From the NCBI RefSeq assembly GCF_000008305.1, contig NC_006055.1:360001-392000 (forward strand): a stretch of DNA of 32,000 nt, in the 5' to 3' direction. The DNA comes from Mesoplasma florum L1 (GTDB lineage Bacteria; Bacillota_I; Bacilli_A; Mycoplasmatales; Mycoplasmataceae). Shown one piece after another: positions 24,405 through 32,000 of the stretch. Below the pieces are notes generated by a model. The model saw only the letters and a list, made by a program, of their open reading frames with translations. It was not told the origin of the DNA and searched no databases. The stretch's first letter is position 1. Every line of letters begins with the position of its first letter. Both the position numbers and the translations under genes were made by a program.

Positions 24405-24460
24405 AAAAAATTTTCCTCTTTTATAACTTTCGTTTAAATAATATTAAGTATGATTATACA

Positions 24461-24494
24461 TTAAATAATTATATTTTCAAAACTTTGTTGTTTT
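24461..24494. repeat. 34-bp direct repeat, copy 1
   Basis: ttaaataattatattttcaaaactttgttgtttt, identical to 26130..26163; reads KQQSFENIII* on the minus strand. Confidence 0.9.
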
Positions 24495-24971
24495 GCAAAA
24501 CAATAAATTAAAGGTTGAAAAGTATTAAAGCTAATAAAATTTTTCTAATAATGGGAAACTCACATTTTTTAAAACTATTTTACTTTTAAGAATTTATAAT
24601 AAATAAGAGTTTCTTAATTCGTTTCTTAATTCATTTAGAAGTAAGTCAATTATTATACTAATATAAAAAATTCAACATATTTATATTCTTTTCGTATTTC
24701 ATTACATTTAAGATTATAAATTGATTCCTGTTTAACGATTTATTTTCTCAATCAAGATTTATAATTATTTAATAAAATTATATTTACTTTAAATTAAAGT
24801 ATCAATAAAATTTAAAGTAAAGTAAAAAAATATGTTGTAAAAAATTAGACAAGAAAATATTAGATAAAATTATATATTTTTTCTTGCTATATTTTTTAAA
24901 ATAGTGACTTTAAACTTACAAAAATATTTTAAGTTAACGAATAAAATAATAATTAAAAAAAGGAAAAATAT

Positions 24972-25862
24972 ATGAAAAAAGAATTTAACAAAGAAATCAT
25001 AAAATTATCACCTAATAGAATAAATACGTTATTAGTAATTCAAAATAATCATTTTTTTGAAAGTGAGATTTTAAATAGACTAATTGACTTTATTGAAAAA
25101 ATGCAAGTTTTTGAAAAAGTTTTTGAAAATGTTTTTGAAAAACATTATTCTTTGCATAAATTAATTAAACAATCATTTAGTTATTGCAATTCTTTATTTA
25201 TTTTAAGGTCAGCAATAGAAAGTAATAAAATTGATGAAAAACTATTGTTTGAAAATTTTAGCAGTTTAACTTGATTATATTGTAAAAACATAATTTTCTT
25301 AATTAATGAAGAAAATGAAAATAATAAAGAAAAAAATTATAAATTAGGAAGTGATTTTTTAGAAGCTAATATTAATTTTTTAAGTTTTTTAAGAAATTTA
25401 TTTTCTCATTTCTACTTAGATTCAATAACTATTCATAAACTTTTAAATTCTATATATGAATTTAATTTTTATAATAATAAAATTATTAATGATTTAGTTA
25501 ATTCAAAACCAAATAAGTTATGTATGTTTGATTTGCTAAACTCAAATAAAAAAACAATAACACTTTGTAAAATACAAAATAAATATTTGGATGAGGCAAT
25601 TTTAAATTTTAATAAAAATGATTTTGATGAAAATATGGAAGAAGTTTTATATGTAAAAGACGTAGATAAAATAAGAATTAAACTTTATGATGAAATCTTT
25701 AAGAATTTTCAAGAAAATAAAATAAATATTTTTAGTAATCCAGATCACTGAATAACATATTTAAGATTAAGTGATAATTATTTTTTAAGAATAGAAATGT
25801 ACCCTTTTATTCATTCATTAATTGAATATTTTGAAATCTTTTATAATATTTTGAAAAAATAA
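24972..25862 (+). CDS. Uncharacterised protein, possible HEPN-like
   Basis: Code-4 frame joins 24972..25274 and 25524..25751 and runs on to taa at 25860 (296 aa). Contains 'FLSFLRNLFSHFYLDS' (RNxxxH). Confidence 0.6.
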
Positions 25863-26129
25863 AGTTGACTATAAGTTAAATAATTAATGAAAACAATAAA
25901 GTGAATAAGTTAATATTTTAGAAAATATGTTAAAGAAAAATAAGAAAAGTAATGCAATATTCTATTGCATATCTTATTTAAAGTAGATTTAATTACTAGA
26001 ACTTGCATGAATGAAAAAGAAATTAAGCATCATAGTAAATAAAAATTTAGTTATTTTCTAAATAGTTTTATTAACTATCTTTCTTTTATGAAAAATACCA
26101 ATAAAATAAAAATTAAATTATTTATAGTT

Positions 26130-26163
26130 TTAAATAATTATATTTTCAAAACTTTGTTGTTTT
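26130..26163. repeat. 34-bp direct repeat, copy 2 (3' end of dinB)
   Basis: Identical to 24461..24494 and encodes the last residues and stop of dinB. Confidence 0.9.
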
Positions 26164-27242
26164 ACCAGTTTATCCTTTTCGATTAAATTAGTTACTCCAA
26201 TTCCAATTAAAGAAATAGATTCACCATCATAAATATCATCTAAAATAACTTTAACTCTTGAGTATAATTTTTCTAAACTATCTGTATATTCGTTAAAAGT
26301 TTCACTATATGTTCTTCTTTTTTTTTGTTCTTTTTTGTCAAAATTAATTTCTTGATTATAAAACTTAATTGACAATGTTACAGTTTTTGCAAGAATATTG
26401 TTCTTTTGCATTCTCAATACAACTTTTTCTGCTAAATTAAACAATATTTCTTCAATATCTTCAATTGCCATATTTTTCTTATCAAAAGTTTTTTCTTTAG
26501 ATATTGATTTAACTGATGTTTCTCAATATGCTATTTCATCATTTTTAATTCCATGTAATTTTTGATACATTTTTTGTCCAGATAAACCAAAACTATCAGC
26601 TATTATTTTTTCATCAAGTTTCACAAAATCATTTACTGTTTTAACGTTTAATAACTCCATTTTTTCCAAAGATGAACTACCAACACCAATAACATCTTTG
26701 ATTGATTTATTTCATATTAAAGTTTTAAAATTTTCTTTTGTTATTATTGTTATTCCATTAGGTTTTTTCATATCACTACCCATTTTTGAAAATAACCTTG
26801 TAAAACTAGCACCTATACTACAAGTTAAACCTGTTTCTTGATAAACTGCAGCTTGAATAGCTAAACATAAATTTTGAACATTTCCATATTTCTCTCAAAT
26901 ATTAGTAGCGTCAATAAAACATTCATCGATACCTAAAACCTCTACCTTATATGTAAACTGTTCTTTTATTAAATTAAATATTCTTTCGCTATATTCTTCA
27001 TATAGATCTCTATTACCTTCTTTAATTATTAATTCACCATAAGCTAGTTGTTTTGCTTCAAATATAGGCGTTCCTGCTTTTATCCCATATTTTCTAGCAT
27101 CATATGAAGCTGCAACAATAATACTTCTATCATTATTTCTTGCTACAACAACTGGTTTATTTTTTAAAGTCTTATCATGAGCTTGCTCACAACTTGCAAA
27201 AAAAGCATCCATATCAAGATGCAAAATTACTTTTTGATTCAT
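26130..27242 (-). CDS. dinB: Y-family DNA polymerase IV
   Basis: 'VILHLDMDAFFASCEQAHDKTLKNKPVVVA', 'YSERIFNLI', 'VEVLGIDECFIDAT', 'GLTCSIGAS'; 370 aa in code 4. Confidence 0.92.
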
Positions 27243-27257
27243 GTGGATGCCTCCTTT

Positions 27258-28061
27258 TTATGTTAAGTATTTTCAAGATTGATTAACAACTTTGTTTAGT
27301 TCTTCATCTTTTCAATTCTTTTGTTTTTCTGTTTTTGTTAAATAAGCTAAATATTCAATATTTTGTTTCTTATTACCAACTATTGGTGAATAAGTTAATC
27401 TATCAACAGAGAAACCATTTTCTTTAGAATAATATATAAAATTTTTAATAACTTGTAAATGTGTTGATTTTAAATTAACTTTACCATTTTTAGCTAATTC
27501 ACTACCTGCTTCAAACTCAGGTTTGATTAATACAACACCACTTGTTTGCTCTTGAATTAAATTGTTTAAAGTTGGTAAAATTTTATCTAATGAAATAAAA
27601 CTTACATCGCAACAAAAGAATTCTATATTTTTATCAAAGTCTTCTTTTTTTGCATATCTAAAATTATATTTTTGCATATCTTTGACTAATTTATTATTTT
27701 TTAAAGATTCATCTAATTGATCAGTACCTACATCAACTGCATAAACTAAACTTGCATTATTTTCTAAACATACTTGTGTAAAACCACCAGTTGAAGCACC
27801 AATATCTAAACATACTTTATTGTTTAAATCAATTTTTCAATCCTTAATAGTTTTTTCTAATTTTAAACCAGCTCTTGAAACAAAAGTACTTTGCTTCAAT
27901 CTAATATCGATTAAATCAGTTTCACTAACCATAAAACCAGCTTTTGTAATTAAAACATTATTTACATATACTTCTTTTCTATTAACTATTTGTTCTTTTG
28001 CCTTACTTCTTGTAGAAACTAATGCTTTTTCTACAAGAACTTCATCTAAACGCTTTTTCAT
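27258..28061 (-). CDS. tlyA: TlyA-family S4-domain rRNA methyltransferase / hemolysin-like protein
   Basis: 'KKRLDEVLVEKALVSTRSKAKEQIVNRKEVYVN' (S4 domain), 'YVLDIGASTGGFTQ' (SAM motif), 'VLIKPEFEAG'. Confidence 0.88.
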
Positions 28062-28267
28062 TAATTAAATTCTTCGATTTTATTTTCTGCTAAAACTTTG
28101 TTAATAGTGCCTTTGTATTCAGTTAGCTTTTCTTTTGCTAATTGAATTCTTTTAATGTTTTCTTCAAATATCTTCATTGCTTCTTCCATTGATATTTCAC
28201 TTGATGATAATTTTAATGTTTCTTCTTTTAATTCAATAATTAATTGATCGTATGTTTTATTTTCCAT
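28061..28267 (-). CDS. xseB: Exodeoxyribonuclease VII small subunit
   Basis: 68 aa, directly followed by tlyA and preceded by xseA; '[23 protein letters not shown]'. Confidence 0.8.
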   Translation of the reverse strand: MENKTYDQLIIELKEETLKLSSSEISMEEAMKIFEENIKRIQLAKEKLTEYKGTINKVLAENKIEEFN

Positions 28268-29471
28268 GTTTTTTTACTCCTTTTATGATAGTTTCTATTT
28301 CACCATCTTTTAACACAAGTTTTATTTCTTGATTTATATCTACTTTGTCAACAGAATTAATAATTTGCTTATCTTTACTCATAATTAAACCAAATCCTTT
28401 GTCTAATGGCTTTTTAGGGTCTAATAGAGCTGTTTTTGATTCTATGTTTTCTATAAACATTTCATTTCTGCTAATTATATTGTTTATATTATTGATAAAA
28501 CTTTTTTCAATGTAATTTAAATCAAGTGATTGTAAGTCATATTTATTATTAATCTTTAAAATATTTTGTTTTTTAAATTCTTCAATTTTTAATTGTTGGT
28601 TGTTATAAACATTCTTAAATAAACGAATTTGATTTTCATAATTATATGCTAATTCTTTTAATAGTTCTTCTGTACTAATTGAAGCTAATTCAGCTGCTGC
28701 AGTTGGTGTTGCTGCTCTTAGATCAGCAACATAATCACTTAGTGTTATATCTGGTTCATGACCAACAGCACTAATTACTGGAATTGATGAATCAACTATG
28801 GCTTTTAAAACTTTCATTTCATTAAAAGTTCATAAGTCTTCATAACTTCCTCCACCACGACCAACAATTAAGATATCTAACTTAGGTTCAAATAAATTAG
28901 CTTGTTGTATTTTATTTGCTATATCAAACTTAGCAGTTTCACCTTGAACCATTGTTGGAAACAAGTAAATGTTTACAGAAGGCATTCTTCTTTTTAATGT
29001 TGTTATTAAATCTTTAATAGCTGCACCAGAATCAGTTGTTATTAAACCAATATTTTTAGCAAATCTATTTATTGGTTTTTTTCTTGATTCATCTGTTCAA
29101 CCTAGAGCAGTTATTTCTTTTAAACGTTCTTCAAAAATTTCTTGAAGATCACCTTTTCCTTCAACACTTACATCAACAGCTTCAAAACTTACTCTTCCAC
29201 TTGGAACATAATAAGTTAATCTACCATAACATGTAATTTCCATTCCTTCTTTTACATTTAAGTTTGTTAGTTTGTGTGCATTACTTTTTCATATCATTGC
29301 AGCTATTGTGCTTTGATTATCTTTTAAAGAAAAATATACATGTCCCGATTTGTTAAAAGTTAGATTGCCAACTTCCCCTCTGACATATATATTTTTAAAA
29401 TAATTACTACCTTCAATAGCTTCTTTAAATATTTGACTTATTTCAGCTACTGAAAATATTTTGTTTTCCAT
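28257..29471 (-). CDS. xseA: Exodeoxyribonuclease VII large subunit
   Basis: '[45 protein letters not shown]', '[19 protein letters not shown]', '[30 protein letters not shown]'. Confidence 0.92.
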
Positions 29472-29875
29472 TATAGTTTAATAACCTTATCCAAACACGC
29501 ATTTACAAACTTGTAATCAAAATCAACTTCGTTTTCTTTCACCAAATTAACTAATTCATTAATTGTTACAGCTTTTGGAGTTGGAGTAAAAATAATTTCA
29601 TATGCACCAATAATTAAAATTGATTGAATGTATGTTGGTATTCTTTCTCATTTTCAATTAGCACTTAAATGTTTAATAATTTCTTTTTTCAGATCTGAAA
29701 GCTTTTCAGCAATATTATTTGCTATTAGTGTTGTCTCAACATCTAATTTTTCTTGTGTTTCATCTAATATATCTTGTTTGATGTAATTAACATCATTATT
29801 CATTAATAAATATCTATAAAACATTTGAACTAGATATGTACGTCTTTTTGTCATACTTAATTTTTGTTCACTCAT
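29471..29875 (-). CDS. nusB: Transcription antitermination factor NusB
   Basis: 134 aa; 'KWERIPTYIQSILIIGAYEIIFTPTPKAVTINELVNL' matches the NusB C-terminal signature; start overlaps the xseA neighbourhood. Confidence 0.85.
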
Positions 29876-29914
29876 AATATCACCTGCCCCTTGATTTATT
29901 AATTATCTCATATT

Positions 29915-30796
29915 TTATTTAACTTTTTTGGAAAAATTTTTATTAATTAGGTTTTCAATTTCTTCTTTATATGGAGGTTTATCTTCTACATAAGGTGTTT
30001 CTAAAATTTTTGGAATATCTATATATTCTTCATCTCAAAGTACTTTTAATAAATTGTCAAAACCAATGTAACCATAACCAATATTCTCATGTCTATCTTT
30101 ATGAGCTAATAACGGGTTTTTTGAATCATTTAAATGGAAACATAAAACTTTATCTTTACCAATTGTTTTATTAATTTCTTCTTTAATTAATTCTCAATTA
30201 TTAAAATCATAACCAGCATCATGCATATGACATGTATCTAAACATACAGCAACTTTTTCTGGTTCGTTTACATTATCAATAACATATTTAAAATCATTTA
30301 AAGATAAACCAACTTCAGTACCTTTTCCAGCCATTGTTTCTAATGCAATAATTACATTAGTTTGACTTGACGCAACAGCATTTAATCCTTTTACTAAAGC
30401 ATTTAAAGCATCTGTATAATCACCTTTTAATCTTGCTCCTGGGTGTAAAACTAAAATCTTAACTCCGATATCTTCACAACGTTTAATTTCTTGTTTTAAA
30501 AAATCAACACCAAAATCTCAAGTTGTTTGATTAACTGGATTTGAAATATTAATAATATAAGGTGCATGAACTACAATGTGATCTTTGTTAATATTATTTT
30601 CTTTTAATAATTGATTAAATTCTTCAATATACAACTTATCAGTTGCAGTACGAACTGAGTTTTGTGGTGCACCAGTATAAAACATTAAAGTATTAGCTTC
30701 ATAACTTAAAGCTTCTTTTACACTTCCGATTAAATATTCTCCATGTTTATTTGATTTGCTCATACCAACATGGCTACCTAAAATTGGTTTTTTCAT
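29915..30796 (-). CDS. nfo: Endonuclease IV
   Basis: 'LGSHVGMSKSN', 'VVHAPYIINISNP', 'LVLHPGAR', 'CLDTCHMHDAGYD', 'HLNDSKNPLLAHKDRHENIGYGYIG'. Confidence 0.92.
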
Positions 30797-30799
30797 TTT

Positions 30800-31624
30800 T
30801 TATTCTCCTTTAAAATGTTTTATTGCATATGCTTTATCTTGATTTAATAAATCTTTCAGTTCGTCTAAGTTATTTACTTTAATACTTTCACGTATAAAAT
30901 CAATAATTTCTACATCGATTCCTCATCCATAAATATCTTGATCAAAATCTAAAATATGACTCTCAAATACATTAACTCCATTTTTATTAGTTCAATAAGC
31001 GCTAATACTTGGATATGCTTTTTCGTCATTTGGTAATTTAGTAGTTGTTAAATAAACAGCTTCTTTCAAAATCAACTCATCATTAATAATGATATTTGCA
31101 GTTGGATAATTAATTGTTCTCCCAATGTGGTTACCATGCTCAACAAAACCTTTAAAACCAAAATTAAAACCATTTAAATTTTTATATTCTTGAATTTTTC
31201 CTAATTTTAAAAACTCTTCACTCTTTTTAATATCATTATTAAGTTTTTCATCATATTTAATAATTGTTTTATCTTCAAAAGCTGTTTCAATTTTGGCTAG
31301 ATCTGAATTGTTATCAAATAAATAAACTTTTTGAATATTTAAATCTTGTTTAATTCTTTCATAATTATATTCTTGATTAAATGAATGTCATAAAACAAGT
31401 TCACAATCTAAATCTTTGGCTTTTTGCTCAATTCCTTTATTTGGAATTATATTTTTAAAGTTACTAATTTCTTTTTGAATCAAAATAACTTTTAAATTGT
31501 TCTCTTTCGCTTTTTTAATTAAATTAGTTTCATTTTCATCTCATTTATCAAATTCTGCAAATACAGCTACTGTTTGAGGCAAATTTCATAGCATCATTAG
31601 CATTTCATTATAGTGTATAGTCAT
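30800..31624 (-). CDS. ribF: Bifunctional riboflavin kinase / FAD synthetase
   Basis: Hand-translated code-4 ORF, absent from the track: 'NLPQTVAVFAEFDKW...', 'FKGFVEHGNHIGRTINYPTANI', 'GVNVFESHILDFDQDIYG'. Confidence 0.85.
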
Positions 31625-31751
31625 TTTGTTTCTCCCCCACTTAATACAATTTAATTTAATTATATTTTTAAAATTCAAATTAATGTTGTACTAAATTATT
31701 AATTTATTTCTATTTTACATTATAATTATAAAATGTGAAAAGGAGAAAATT

Positions 31752-32000
31752 ATGGCTGAAAAAAAAACAAGCTAAAAGCAAAATTAAAATTGTTAAACCA
31801 CTAAAAAAAGAAACCAAAAAAACAAAAGAATTACTTTCTGATTTAAACGTTAAAATTAACAATAGCGAAGTTTCAGAAAAAGAAAAAAGATTGACTTTAA
31901 TTAAAACTCATAAAAAAATTACAAATCTTTTATTAAAAACTATTCCATATTTATTATTCTTATTTATTTTAGATGTTGTAATGTTGAGTGTCATTACAGT
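31752..32000 (+). CDS. Membrane protein of unknown function, start out of frame across an A9 tract, continues past window edge
   Basis: SD aaaaggag + ATG 31752 gives MAEKKTS*. Removing one A from the A9 run at 31759-31767 gives MAEKKQAKSKIKIVKPLKKETKKTKELL...LLLKTIPYLLFLFILDVVMLSVIT, open to the window end. Confidence 0.5.

Noticed and set aside
24124-24426. Plus-strand 100-aa ORF opposite the membrane protein
   Set aside because: Antisense of the supported code-4 membrane-protein frame.
27820-28068. Plus-strand 82-aa ORF opposite tlyA
   Set aside because: Antisense to the conserved S4 domain of tlyA.
1-32000. Apparent widespread pseudogenisation (many genes split in the ORF track)
   Set aside because: Nearly all breaks are at TGA codons where Trp fits the protein family, consistent with mollicute code 4. 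Only the A9 frameshift at 31759 remains a true frame break.
1-32000. CRISPR arrays, tRNA or rRNA genes
   Set aside because: No regularly spaced repeats or RNA-gene signatures were recognised on reading; a tRNAscan-SE, CRISPRCasFinder or Infernal run would be needed to exclude small ones.

Overview
AT-rich Mollicutes DNA. Many ORFs stay open only if UGA is read as Trp (genetic code 4), so most fragments in the supplied ORF track are pieces of longer genes. Left part: 3' end of parC, then two parallel sugar modules (RpiR regulator + PTS EIIABC + GH1 phospho-beta-glucosidase; GntR regulator + GH31 glycosidase + second PTS EIIABC). A PLD-helicase fusion and an alpha/beta hydrolase lie between them. 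Middle: a compact accessory locus at 15.17-17.20 kb has a candidate HEPN protein (minus strand) divergent from a two-gene operon (ThsB/DUF1863-type TIR-like protein + membrane-anchored unknown). It is followed by recD2 and a membrane protein. Right part: a minus-strand surface operon (membrane protein, GDSL/SGNH lipase lipoprotein, large lipoprotein). Next is a 1.67-kb segment bounded by an exact 34-bp direct repeat that duplicates the 3' end of dinB and carries one ORF with a possible HEPN-like RNxxxH motif. Then come dinB, tlyA, xseB, xseA, nusB, nfo, ribF, and a membrane-protein gene whose start is out of frame across an A9 tract. Best candidates for something undescribed are the HEPN / TIR-like / membrane-protein locus and the repeat-bounded cargo gene downstream of dinB. 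No tRNA, rRNA or CRISPR was recognised.
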